This document shows positions 17,434-27,285 of a stretch of DNA of 64,000 nt, piece by piece. The stretch is from an uncultured Chloroflexia bacterium (GTDB taxonomy: Bacteria > Chloroflexota > Limnocylindria > QHBO01). The stretch covers positions 354,855 through 418,854 of the forward strand of contig CAWJOA010000006.1 in the NCBI GenBank assembly GCA_963844415.1, written 5' to 3'. Below the pieces are notes generated by a model that saw nothing but the letters and a program-made list of their open reading frames with translations, was not told the DNA's origin and searched no databases. How positions within the stretch are numbered: position 1 is the first letter of the stretch; each line of letters begins with the position of its first letter. Both the position numbers and the translations under genes were made by a program.

Positions 17434-17957
17434 TACTACTTCGACAGCCGGTGTCAAGACCGATGCCCTACGATCGGCCCGTGGCAGCCACCTCACCCCT
17501 CGCGGCAGCCCTCGAGCGCGTCGGTGATCGATGGAGCCTGCTGCTCATCGAGGCCCTCCTCGAAGGCCCACGGCGCTTCGGCGAGCTCTCGGAAGCTGTG
17601 TCCGGCATCGCGCCGAATATCCTGGCCGACCGCCTGCGCCGCCTGGAGGGGGAGCGGATCGTCCGCGCGACGCCGTACTCGGAGCGCCCGCCACGCTTCA
17701 CCTACGCGCTGACCGATGAGGGCCACGAGCTCGCCGGCGTCCTCCGCCTGCTGGCCGACTGGGGCTCTCGTGGCTCCGCCAACGCCGAACCGATGCGCCA
17801 CGCCCTGTGCGGCACGCCCGTCGAGGCCCGCCTCTGGTGCCCGACCTGCGCCCGCTCCCTCGACGAGCCCGAGACCGACGCCCTGCGGCATTCGTCTGAG
17901 TCCGGTGGCGTGCGGCTGGCGCTCGACGCGCCAGGCGCGGACCGGCTCGCGCGGTAA
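17424..17957 (+). CDS. HxlR-family winged-helix transcriptional regulator with C-terminal Cys-cluster extension
   Basis: DRWSLLLIEALLEGPRRFGELSEAVSGIAPNILADRLRRLEGERIVRATPYSERPPRFTYALTDEG is the HxlR signature; the extra C-terminal 60 aa carries C..C(19)CPTC. Confidence 0.7.
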   Translation: MRKLLLRQPVSRPMPYDRPVAATSPLAAALERVGDRWSLLLIEALLEGPRRFGELSEAVSGIAPNILADRLRRLEGERIVRATPYSERPPRFTYALTDEGHELAGVLRLLADWGSRGSANAEPMRHALCGTPVEARLWCPTCARSLDEPETDALRHSSESGGVRLALDAPGADRLAR

Positions 17958-18099
17958 TGCGGGCCTATGAGCCGGGCCAGGCCCGAGCCTCCATGAGGGG
18001 CACGCCGGCCAGGACGAGGCCGTCGGAGGTGCACCGAGCAGGGTCGCGCTCACCGACGAGCGATCTCGCCCGGACCGGCGACGCCGAGCGGCCGGGATC

Positions 18100-19300
18100 C
18101 GAGGTTACGTGGTGTCGCCGAACGCGGTGAATGTGCGCCGGCCCGCGGCGACCAGAGCGCTGCCGACGAACGCCGCGCCCGCTGTTGATTGCGATCGCGG
18201 CTGGAAGCTCGCGCGGCGTCGGCCTCCGGAGTGTCGCTGGGTGCTCAGGGGCTTCGATCGCATCGAGCGAGACCGACCGCCGCGCGTGCGGCCGCGCAGA
18301 AGACGCAGTTCGCGCGTGTCAAGGCCCAGCAGGCCAGGGTGATCGCCCGGGCCGGCCAGCTCGACGCCACGGCCAGCGTGCTCGGCAGCGCCCAGCGAGC
18401 GCTGAACGCGGCATGATCGGGATGGACGCCGAGGAGCGTTGAAGATGGCGAGCAGCCGACGCGAGCATCGCCGGTAAAGTTCTCGATGAGAGCCGTCCTC
18501 GGGACGCGGCAACGACCGGCACGGCGAAGGCGAGAAGACCGCGTTGAGCAGCTCGACAAAAGCCTCCGTCGGCGGGTATGGCGCGGTCGCGTACGAGGGA
18601 GGTGAATCCGGAGAGATCCGCGAAGAGCACGGTCACTCGGCTCCTCGCCGCTGCTCGTCCCGACCGCCTCCGCATCGGCCTTGCTCGGTCGGCGAACTGC
18701 ATTGGCAGTACGGCCGGAAGAGCTCGACGACGATCGACGCGGCGCAGTTCGCAGAAGATCGCGGCCGCGACGGCCCGTCTCTGAGGTGGCGGCGACGGCT
18801 CCCCCGTCGTCGACATCAACGCCGGCACTGCGGGCGATCGAGCGATGCCGAGCGAACGCCGTGAAGTCTGCCGCCGGTGCGAGGTCGAGCAGCGGCGTCG
18901 CGCTCATCCAGGGCATGGACTTCGCCGTCGATCCGAACGGCGACGGCAGCACGAACGACGCCGTCGCCATCATCAAATGCCGCTCGGGTGCTCGGACAGG
19001 TCGTGGCCCCCGAACGTCGCCGGTGATCGAGAACGCGTCAGCGGTCGATACTCGACCGGCGGCGCCCCCAATGCGACCGACAGCCGAAGGCGACGGGACG
19101 CCAGCAGGGCGAGTGCCACTCGTCCCCCATGACAGGTGCCAGTCACGGCTGAAGACGACCGCCACCATGGCCTCGGCCAGGAGGACGAGGGCGACGACGA
19201 AGGCGAGCAGCAGCGGGCGGCCGCGTCGCGCCAGCAGGCGCAGGAAGTCGGCCACGCCGCGGGGAATGCGTCGAGGGCGCCGCGATCGCGGCAGGATCGC
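18100..19300 (-). pseudogene. possible decayed membrane-anchored class III nucleotidyl cyclase (only fragments recognisable, multiple frame changes)
   Basis: Minus-strand ORF 18319..18828 contains VTVLFADLSGFTSLV (cyclase F-A-D-x-x-G-F-T motif, around 18590-18636). ORF 18245..19408 contains a TM helix LLAFVVALVLLAEAMVAVVF (about 19150-19213) upstream of it. No continuous ORF joins them. Confidence 0.2.
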
Positions 19301-19498
19301 CGGCGAGGGGGAGCGAGCGGTCGACCGGGGCGCCGCACTCACCCTGAAGGCCATGAACGTCGGCGATGCCGGGGGCGTGGCCCGGGCTGATCGCCGGGCG
19401 ACGTTCACGGCGCCGATGGCGGCGATGGGCCGATCACGATCCCGGGCTTCATGTCAGCCAGGCCGACTCGAACACGCTCAAGAGCGGCTCGACGGGTG

Positions 19499-20179
19499 TC
19501 ACCATCCGCTTCGATCCTGCGGAGGGCATCCCGCTGGCGGCAGAGGGTCGGAGCGACCTCGCGCGGCCCGACTATGCCAGAACGGAGCCGGGATCCCCAG
19601 GATCGAGGCTGCGCCCCATGCCCCGATGGCCGCCAGAAGGGCGGCGCGCAGGGTTCCGGCGTGACGGAGGACGAGCTCGCCGCGCGGCCCGCCGAGCGGC
19701 AGCGCAGCGGCCGCGGCCAGGACCGCGGCGATCGTCAACCCCACTGGCGTGGCGATCACGAACCCGAGGTTCGGACCTGGCAGCAGCACGCCGGGCGTCG
19801 CGAGGGCGTGGAGCCCGAGGAATCCGGCGCTCGAGCCGAATGCGAGCGAGATCAGGAGGAGTCGAGCGTCGCGGCGGCGATGTGGTCGTGGGTAGGTAGG
19901 CGAGCGGGAGGTTGACGGTGGGGAATCCGCGCCGGAATGAGAGATCAGGAAGAGTCGAGCGTCGCGGCGGCGCATCGCGGCTTCGTTGGTCAGGTAGGCG
20001 AGCGCCACATTGATCGCCGCCACGATTAGGACCAGCCAGAAGTGGCTGGGTTGATGGCGCCACTCCAGGTCGAGCTCGGGGCGCGCGATCAGGACCGCCA
20101 GTCCGACCATCGGCAGCGCGAGGAGCGCCAGCCAGGCCAGCGGGGGGTGCGGTCGTTCCGCGGCACGGATGGTTGACAT
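19499..20179 (-). CDS. putative polytopic membrane protein carrying an in-frame tandem duplication; C-terminal 40 codons look non-coding, so possibly disrupted
   Basis: From ATG 20179 (MSTIRAAERPHPPLAWLALLALPMVGLAVLIA...); hydrophobic helices throughout; repeated peptide MRRRDARLFLIS / HRRRDARLLLIS. Confidence 0.3.
   Translation of the reverse strand: MSTIRAAERPHPPLAWLALLALPMVGLAVLIARPELDLEWRHQPSHFWLVLIVAAINVALAYLTNEAAMRRRDARLFLISHSGADSPPSTSRSPTYPRPHRRRDARLLLISLAFGSSAGFLGLHALATPGVLLPGPNLGFVIATPVGLTIAAVLAAAAALPLGGPRGELVLRHAGTLRAALLAAIGAWGAASILGIPAPFWHSRAARGRSDPLPPAGCPPQDRSGW
19848..20010. repeat. imperfect tandem duplication (period about 93-98 bp) inside the membrane-protein ORF
   Basis: gagatcaggaGgagtcgagcgtcgcggcggcg at 19848-19879 and gagatcaggaAgagtcgagcgtcgcggcggcg at 19941-19972; the downstream aggtaggcgagcg block is also repeated. 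Confidence 0.6.
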
Positions 20180-20312
20180 CGGTCGTGCGCTTCTCGGCGG
20201 TCCTCCATTGTCGCCGGGAGCGCAAACGCCAGCGTGGCTGGAGATCAGCGATCCCGTCCGCGAGGGCGTCCGCTGATCGACGGCAGAAGGAAGTCGGGGG
20301 GGGGGTACGGAC

Positions 20313-21101
20313 CTACGCAGGCTCCCAATGGAAGTCGCCGGTGAAGAGCCCATCCACGAAACCGATCTGATAGGCCAGGTAGAGGCCGAATCCGAGTGAC
20401 AGCAGTCCCGAACCGATCATCAGCCACCGGTTGATCTGGGCCGATCGCGCCTTGGCGACCCAGAAGGGGAGACCGATAACCGTCGTGAGCACGGCCATGC
20501 CAATCGCGACGCCGGCGCAGAAGATGACGAGGTAGAGGAGCGCCGCGCCGGTGTCCTCGATCGTGGCGAGGACGAGGAGCGCGACGGCCGCCGATCCGGC
20601 GAGGCCGTGGACCAGCCCCACCGCGACCGGGCGAATGAGCTGGTACCAGCCGAAGGTCTCGACGATGCTCAGCGCGGCATCGGTGCCGTGCCCGTGGAGG
20701 TGGGCATGGCGGTGTCCATGCTCCTCTTCGGCGTCGTGCGCGTGGAGGTGTGCGTGCGGATGGCCATGCATCGGCGCCGGCGGCGTCAGGCGATCCGTGA
20801 GCTGGCGCAGGCCGCCGGTGAGGTTGAGGATGCCGAGGGCGATGAGCATGAGCGCCACGGCGAACTCCATCGCCAGGCCCACCGATGGGGGGATCACGAC
20901 GTTGAAGACGATGATCGCGATGCCGACGAGGACCACGGTGATCGTGTGACCCAGCCCCCACAGGACTCCGATCAGCGTCATGTGCGCGAACCGGCGGCTG
21001 CGGTTCAGGATCGTGGTCACCGCGATGACGTGGTCGGCATCGGTCGCGTGGCGCATACCGAGCAGGAAGCCGAATCCCGCCAGGGCCAGGAACTGGGTCA
21101 C
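20313..21101 (-). CDS. NicO/HoxN-type nickel/cobalt transporter (RcnA-like) with His-rich cytoplasmic loop
   Basis: ORF 20313..21137. GMRHATDADHVIAV (the NicO HxxDADH motif) and loop HGHPHAHLHAHDAEEEHGHRHAHLHGHG. Start placed at GTG 21101, preceded by GGAGA; the listed TTG at 21137 lies inside the operator palindrome. Confidence 0.8.
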   Translation of the reverse strand: MTQFLALAGFGFLLGMRHATDADHVIAVTTILNRSRRFAHMTLIGVLWGLGHTITVVLVGIAIIVFNVVIPPSVGLAMEFAVALMLIALGILNLTGGLRQLTDRLTPPAPMHGHPHAHLHAHDAEEEHGHRHAHLHGHGTDAALSIVETFGWYQLIRPVAVGLVHGLAGSAAVALLVLATIEDTGAALLYLVIFCAGVAIGMAVLTTVIGLPFWVAKARSAQINRWLMIGSGLLSLGFGLYLAYQIGFVDGLFTGDFHWEPA

Positions 21102-21120
21102 GATCGGTCTCCGTTGTGTT

Positions 21121-21138
21121 ATTGCAACACGTTGCAAT
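21121..21138. promoter_or_regulatory. perfect palindrome ATTGCAAC-AC-GTTGCAAT in the divergent promoter between the NicO transporter and the Fur-family regulator (candidate Fur/Nur-type box)
   Basis: attgcaacacgttgcaat read directly; 20 bp upstream of the transporter GTG and 28 bp upstream of the regulator ATG. Confidence 0.6.
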
Positions 21139-21165
21139 TACCGTGCGCACCATACACTACGGACG

Positions 21166-21609
21166 ATGAGCGAGCGCACATCATGGGAATCGGTCGGCGA
21201 TGTGCTGCGGAACCGCGGACTGCGCTGGACGCCGCAGCGCCAGACTGTGGTCGAGGTGCTCTCCGCGTCCAACGGGCATATCACCGGCGCCGAGCTGATC
21301 GAACGATGCCGGGCGCGTGACGCCGGGACAACGCCGTCGACGGTGTATCGCACGCTGGATCTCCTCGAGAAGATCGGGCTCGTTCGCCACGGGCACGGCG
21401 CCGATGGGCGGGAGGAGTTCCACGTCCTCCCCGCCGGCCAGCACGGCCACCTGCACTGCTCGACGTGCGGCTCGACCTGGGAGATCGACGAGCGGCGCGG
21501 CGAGGCCGTGGCCGCGGTCCTCCGCGCGGCGGATGGCTTCGAGCTCGACGTCGGACACGTGACCCTCGTCGGGCGATGCCGTCGCTGCGCGGCCGCGGCA
21601 ACCGACTGA
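21166..21609 (+). CDS. Fur-family metalloregulator (nickel/zinc-responsive Nur/Zur-like)
   Basis: From ATG 21166 (MSERTSWESVGDVLRNRGLRWTPQRQTVVEVL..): DNA-binding helix and metal sites HGHGADGREEFHVLPAGQHGHLHCSTCG...CRRC are the Fur family fingerprint. Confidence 0.8.
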   Translation: MSERTSWESVGDVLRNRGLRWTPQRQTVVEVLSASNGHITGAELIERCRARDAGTTPSTVYRTLDLLEKIGLVRHGHGADGREEFHVLPAGQHGHLHCSTCGSTWEIDERRGEAVAAVLRAADGFELDVGHVTLVGRCRRCAAAATD

Positions 21610-21629
21610 CCGCTGCTAGCCTTCGGCGC

Positions 21630-22544
21630 GTGCGACTGAACGCTCCGACGTCAGGCTTCCTCGGCGCCTCGATCGAGACCGATCCGAACCGCATCGACGC
21701 CGACGTCGTCATCCTCGGCGTGCCACACGGCTGGCCGTACCCGCGAACGGGCAGCACCGCCGGCTGCGCCGAGGCGCCGGCGGCGATCCGGCGGCGCGCG
21801 GAACGCCTGGCCGGCTTCCGCGGCAACTGGGACTTCGACCTCGATGGACCGATGCTCTCCGCGGACGCGTCGCCGCGGATCGTGGATGCCGGCGACGTCC
21901 CGGGCGATCCCGGTGACGGGGCGGCCAACGCGGCCGCGACGACGGCGGCGGTCGCGGCGATCCTCGAACGGGGTGCGGTGCCGGTGTGCATCGGCGGGGA
22001 CGACTCGGTGCCGATCCCGATCCTGCGTGCGTTCGCCAGCCGAGGCCCGATCACCGTCCTCCAGGTCGATGCGCACCTCGACTTCCGCGACGAGGTGCAG
22101 GGCGTCCGCGAGGGCTACTCGTCGCCGATGCGCCGCGCGACGGAGATGGAGCACGTGTCGCGCGTCGTGCAGGTCGGGCTGCGCGGCGTCGGATCGGCCC
22201 GACCGTCCGACGTGGACGACGCTCGCGCGGCCGGCAACGTCCTGATCACGGTGCGCGAGCTGCGTGAGCGCGGCGTCGACTGGGTGTTCGACCAGCTGCC
22301 GCCGGACGCATCGGTCTTCCTTTCGCTCGACTGTGACGGGCTCGATCCGTCGGTGTTCCCCGCGGTGTCCGCGCTGGCGCCCGGCGGGCTGAGCGATGGC
22401 GAGGTGACCGCGCTGGTGGGTGGCATCGGTCAGCGGCTGGCGGGCGCCGTCGTGACCGAGTACGTGCCGTCGCTCGACGTGTCCGGAGCATCGGCGGCGG
22501 TGGCGGTGCGGCTGCTCGTCCGCCTCGTCGCGGGGCTGGCCTGA
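21630..22544 (+). CDS. arginase/agmatinase/formiminoglutamase-family ureohydrolase
   Basis: C-terminal about 300 aa of ORF 21465..22544: ADVVILGVPHGWPY, GGDDSVPIPIL (GGDHS-type), DAHLDF, SLDCDGLDP (binuclear Mn ligand motifs). Start uncertain (GTG around 21630; no ATG after the fur stop in frame). Confidence 0.7.
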   Translation: MRLNAPTSGFLGASIETDPNRIDADVVILGVPHGWPYPRTGSTAGCAEAPAAIRRRAERLAGFRGNWDFDLDGPMLSADASPRIVDAGDVPGDPGDGAANAAATTAAVAAILERGAVPVCIGGDDSVPIPILRAFASRGPITVLQVDAHLDFRDEVQGVREGYSSPMRRATEMEHVSRVVQVGLRGVGSARPSDVDDARAAGNVLITVRELRERGVDWVFDQLPPDASVFLSLDCDGLDPSVFPAVSALAPGGLSDGEVTALVGGIGQRLAGAVVTEYVPSLDVSGASAAVAVRLLVRLVAGLA

Positions 22545-22547
22545 TGG

Positions 22548-23018
22548 TCAGCCGGAGGGGCGCCCGCCGCTTTCGCAGAGCTTGAAGCCGCCCTGCGCGG
22601 ATACGCGGTAGTCGAACTCCTCGCCCTCGGCCGCCAAGATGACGTGGTACCCGTCGACGAGCGCCATCGTGTAGCTCATTCCCGGCTCGGGGCAGCCGAG
22701 CGAGCCATCGTTCCAGGTCACGTTCTCCGCCTGCAGCACCTCGATCGCCTCGGGGTCGACGCCGGCGCGATCGGCGGCATCGGCGCGGAGGGCGGCCATG
22801 ATCGGGGCCGGGATCTCGCCGATCACCGGTGCCGCCGAGGGCGACACCGTTCCGAGATCTGGAGCGCTGTCAGCTGGCGGCGGCGGTTCGGGGGTGCTCT
22901 CAGCTGGCGGCGTCGGGTCGGGTGTGCTGGCATCGGCGGAGCTTCCGAGCTGGGCCGCGCAGGCGGCCAGCAGGAACAAGGGCGCGAGCAGGACAGGGGC
23001 ATGTCTCGATCGTCTCAT
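22548..23018 (-). CDS. hypothetical lipoprotein with Pro-rich linker
   Basis: ORF 22548..23018: MRRSRHAPVLLAPLFLLAAC lipobox; conserved Cys pair in the C-terminal domain. Confidence 0.55.
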   Translation of the reverse strand: MRRSRHAPVLLAPLFLLAACAAQLGSSADASTPDPTPPAESTPEPPPPADSAPDLGTVSPSAAPVIGEIPAPIMAALRADAADRAGVDPEAIEVLQAENVTWNDGSLGCPEPGMSYTMALVDGYHVILAAEGEEFDYRVSAQGGFKLCESGGRPSG

Positions 23019-23270
23019 CGGTCACAAGGACGTCCGATCGTGCGTGCTGGGTTCCCCGGAGCTCAGCCCGCGGGGTCGGGCTCGTCGCGCGGTGCACCGA
23101 GCGGTGGCTGATCCGCCCCCGGGGCTTGCTGCTCCGGATCGGCGGGGGTGTCGATCGGGGTGGGCTCCGGCATCGGCGTCGGATCGGTGTCTGGCAGCGG
23201 CGGCGGGATGTCGTCGTTGGGTGGGTGCTGGATGGTCATGCGGCCAGCCATTGCATCGGTCGTGCCGGGC

Positions 23271-24257
<987 letters not shown>

Positions 24258-24309
24258 GGCGGGCCGAGTGTAGTCCGCCGACGGGGTCGCTCATCGTGCT
24301 GGCGACGAA

Positions 24310-24846
24310 ATGGGCTATACTGCGGTAACACGTTATCGCCGAACACTGGAGACCATCATGGGATGGCTACCGGCCCCCGTCGAGCAGCTGCTCGAGGTGG
24401 CGCTGGTGGGCGAGCTGACCGTCGTGGGACGCGACGGACGGCCCATCACCCACCCGCTCATTCCGCTCTACCACGACGGGCGCATCTACCTGCACTCGTC
24501 GACCCTGTTCAGCAAGAAGCTCGAGCACATCAAGCGCGACCCACGCGTGTCGCTCGCCATCACCGATCCGGTCGCCACGAAGGGCAACCCCGACCGCGCC
24601 ACGATCCAGGGCACCGCGCGGCTCATCGAGGACGACCCGCACGCCGACTGGGAGCGCCTGATCCTCGACCTCTGGCGACGCAAGGAGCCACTCATCGACG
24701 ACTTCCTCAAGGTGCGCGTGGCACTGCCACTCTTCTTCGAGCGATCGGTCATCGAGATCACCCCGACCCGCTGCCTGTACTGGCCCGGCGGACGGACCGA
24801 TGCGCCCCCGGCCGAGACGCGGGCGCCGTCGCAGGAGGCAGCCTGA
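24310..24846 (+). CDS. PPOX-class (pyridoxamine 5'-phosphate oxidase-like, probably F420/FMN-binding) split-barrel protein
   Basis: ORF 24310..24846 (possible start at internal ATG around 24358); strands LTVVGRDGRPITHPLIPLY...RVSLAITDP are typical of the PPOX split barrel. Confidence 0.6.
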   Translation: MGYTAVTRYRRTLETIMGWLPAPVEQLLEVALVGELTVVGRDGRPITHPLIPLYHDGRIYLHSSTLFSKKLEHIKRDPRVSLAITDPVATKGNPDRATIQGTARLIEDDPHADWERLILDLWRRKEPLIDDFLKVRVALPLFFERSVIEITPTRCLYWPGGRTDAPPAETRAPSQEAA

Positions 24847-26225
24847 TGGCCGTCGCCGCGCCCGCCCTCACCCGGTCCGGCACCGGCTCCGCTCACTCGC
24901 CGACGGCCGACGACCTGCGCCGGCTGGCGGAGTACCCGCACGTCGTCGTCAGCTGGATCGACGACGACGGCTTCCCGACGAGCGTCGCCACCAGTCTCGA
25001 GACCGATACCGAGCCTGGGGTCGTGCGCCTCGCCGCACCGGCGGGGATGCCGATGCCCGGCGACCGCGAGGTGAGCGTCGTCGGTAGCCACATCCACCCG
25101 ACGACCGGCGGTTACGACGAGCGCCGCTACCTCCAGCTGTGGGGGAGGGTGACCGGTGGCGTGCAGTTCGCGCCGACCCGTGCGTGGGGCTGGGACGAGA
25201 CGGAGATGCCGTTCTTCGAGTACTCGGAGCGCTCCGTGCCGCAGTCGCGGCGCTACCTGACCGCGCTGTCGGTGGAAAAGGGGCGCACGATTCGCCCGCG
25301 GCTGAGCCCGTTCTGGCTGGCCCTGCGCACGACCCGGCTGCCGTTCCTCTCGGCCACCGCCGTGCCGGTGCTGCTCGGGCTCGCGGTCGCCGCCAGCCAC
25401 GGCGCGTTCACGTGGTGGACGGCGCTGCTGACCGTGGTGGGAGCCGCATTCGCGCACCTGGCCATCAACGTCACCAACGACATCTTCGACACGCTGTCGG
25501 GCGCCGACGACGCCAACCCGACGCCGACCCAGTTCTCGGGCGGCTCGCGGGTCGCGATCTACGACCTCGTCTCGGTGCGCGGGCTCGCGGTGCTGGCCGG
25601 AGCACTGTTCGCGGCCGCCGCCGCGATCGGCCTGCTGCTGGTCGTGGTCACCGGGTCGACGACGCTGCTGTGGATCGGGATCGCCGGGATCGCGCTCGGG
25701 ATCGCCTACACCGCGCCGCCGCTCAAGCTCGTGTACCGCGGGCTCGGGGAGGTGGCGGTGGCGATCGGCTTCGGCCCGATCATGCTGCTCGGCGCGTACG
25801 TCGTGCAGACCGGGCGGATCGACCCGGAGGCCGTGCTCCTGTCGCTCGTCCCGGGAATCCTCATCGCGCTCATCCTGTTCGTGAACGAGATCCCGGACCG
25901 CGTGAGCGACGCGCAGACCGGCAAGCGAACCCTGCCGACACGGTTCTCGCCATCGGTCATCCTCGGGGCGTACCTCGTCGCCGGGTTCGGGGCGTTCGGG
26001 ATTATCGTCGTCGGCGTCGTCGCGGGGCTGCTGCCGTGGCCGACGCTGATCGCGCTCGCCGCGGTGCCGCTGATCCTCCGGGTCCATGCCGGGCTGCGCG
26101 CCAACTACGACAGCCCGTACGCGCTGATGGCGACGATGGGCCTGAACGTCAACGTCAACCTCGTCGTCGGCGGGCTGCTGCTCCTCGCGTACGTCGCGAC
26201 CATCGTGGCGTCACAGATCCTCTGA
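24846..26225 (+). CDS. fusion protein: N-terminal PPOX-like split-barrel domain plus C-terminal UbiA-superfamily (MenA-like) polyprenyltransferase
   Basis: From ATG 24846 (overlaps the preceding stop as TGATG): HVVVSWIDDDGFPTSVATSL...RYLQLWGRV then 8-9 TM helices with NVTNDIFDTLSGADD (the NDxxDxxxD prenyl-diphosphate motif) and the second Asp-rich region around VNEIPDRVSD. Confidence 0.65.
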   Translation: MAVAAPALTRSGTGSAHSPTADDLRRLAEYPHVVVSWIDDDGFPTSVATSLETDTEPGVVRLAAPAGMPMPGDREVSVVGSHIHPTTGGYDERRYLQLWGRVTGGVQFAPTRAWGWDETEMPFFEYSERSVPQSRRYLTALSVEKGRTIRPRLSPFWLALRTTRLPFLSATAVPVLLGLAVAASHGAFTWWTALLTVVGAAFAHLAINVTNDIFDTLSGADDANPTPTQFSGGSRVAIYDLVSVRGLAVLAGALFAAAAAIGLLLVVVTGSTTLLWIGIAGIALGIAYTAPPLKLVYRGLGEVAVAIGFGPIMLLGAYVVQTGRIDPEAVLLSLVPGILIALILFVNEIPDRVSDAQTGKRTLPTRFSPSVILGAYLVAGFGAFGIIVVGVVAGLLPWPTLIALAAVPLILRVHAGLRANYDSPYALMATMGLNVNVNLVVGGLLLLAYVATIVASQIL

Positions 26226-26276
26226 CCGATCTCTCGCTGAGCGTCGGAGGCCCGGTGCCCGCGGTGCGGTAGCCCG

Positions 26277-27221
26277 TCAGCCGCGCTCGACCGCGATCAG
26301 TGCGGCGACCCGGTCGCGCTCGCCGGTCCGCGCAAAGAGGAAGGTCGCGTCGACGTTCTCGGCGCGGACGATCAGTGCCGGCACCGACTCGGTTGCGGTG
26401 TAGACGTTGCCGACGCGCCCGCTCGTCCAGCCTCCACCGATCGAGACCGGCTGCGGAGCGGGGCCGTCGTCGTCGGAGAGTGGCTGTGCGGTGAGAACGT
26501 TTCCCTTCGGGCCGGGCCGCACGACCAGCAGCGCCGCACCCGGATCGCCGAGGTCGCGCTCGATCGAGCCGAGGCGCCCACCCCACGCCGCAGGCAGACG
26601 CTCGCCCGGGCCGAGCGGAGTCGAGAGGACGTCGACCTCGGTCGTCGGCCGGAAGATCGGATAGCCGACGCTGGCGCCGATGATCAGCAGGACAGCGAAC
26701 ACCAGCGGCAGGATCGACAGCGGCCACCAGGTGGCGCGCTCCGGTTTCGCGAAGCCGTCGAGCTCGACAATGCGGTCGACAACGACCTCCGGCGGCGCGC
26801 CGAACACCGTGGCCTCGAACGGCACCTCCTCGACGATTGCGATCGCCGGCACGATATGGCCGGTGACGATCGTCGACTCGTCGGCCGCGAGCCGATCGTC
26901 GGCGGTCAGGACGATGGCCTGGAGTGTGTCGGCCTCGTCGACCAGCAGCGCGTACTCGCCGGGCTCGTCCGTCGGGGACGCGGGCAGCGGCACGACCTCG
27001 CCGCGCAGGCGCACCCATCCGGTCGCCTCCGTCACGAGGTTGTCGATGACGTCCTGAACGGTGGACTCCTGCGGCTGCGGGTCGAGCATCGGGACCACGA
27101 TCGGGGCCGCTGCCAACGCAACGAGGATGAAGGCGAGGGCGAAGGGAGCAGCACGACTCAGGCCGGTGGACCGGCGGAACGGACCCCGCACCTGCCACGC
27201 CAGCCACCCGCAGATCGCCAT
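26277..27221 (-). CDS. hypothetical membrane protein (2 TM), start ambiguous
   Basis: ORF 26277..27326; start placed at ATG 27221 (MAICGWLAWQVRG..) to avoid overlap with the divergent tnaA start. Confidence 0.45.
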   Translation of the reverse strand: MAICGWLAWQVRGPFRRSTGLSRAAPFALAFILVALAAAPIVVPMLDPQPQESTVQDVIDNLVTEATGWVRLRGEVVPLPASPTDEPGEYALLVDEADTLQAIVLTADDRLAADESTIVTGHIVPAIAIVEEVPFEATVFGAPPEVVVDRIVELDGFAKPERATWWPLSILPLVFAVLLIIGASVGYPIFRPTTEVDVLSTPLGPGERLPAAWGGRLGSIERDLGDPGAALLVVRPGPKGNVLTAQPLSDDDGPAPQPVSIGGGWTSGRVGNVYTATESVPALIVRAENVDATFLFARTGERDRVAALIAVERG

Positions 27222-27285
27222 AAGCCGGCCGAACACAGGCGCATGATGCACGTCGGCGCTGGTTCCGCGCCGGTACCATCGGCCG

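Noticed and set aside
18189-18416. 75-aa ORF with coiled-coil-like QKTQFARVKAQQARVIARAGQLDATASVLGSAQRALNAA
   Set aside because: Lies inside the decayed region, no start context and no downstream domain; cannot be supported as a gene.
18681-19664. Plus-strand peptide ALIQGMDFAVDPNGDGSTNDAVAII resembling the subtilase region preceding the Ser-Leu-Gly box
   Set aside because: Match limited to about 25 residues with no D/H/S catalytic motifs in any frame nearby; it overlaps the minus-strand remnants, so at most one can be real. Treated as probable chance similarity.
23063-23251. 62-aa Pro-rich ORF between the lipoprotein and corA
   Set aside because: Pure low-complexity (P/D/E/T) translation with no start context; likely non-coding spacer.
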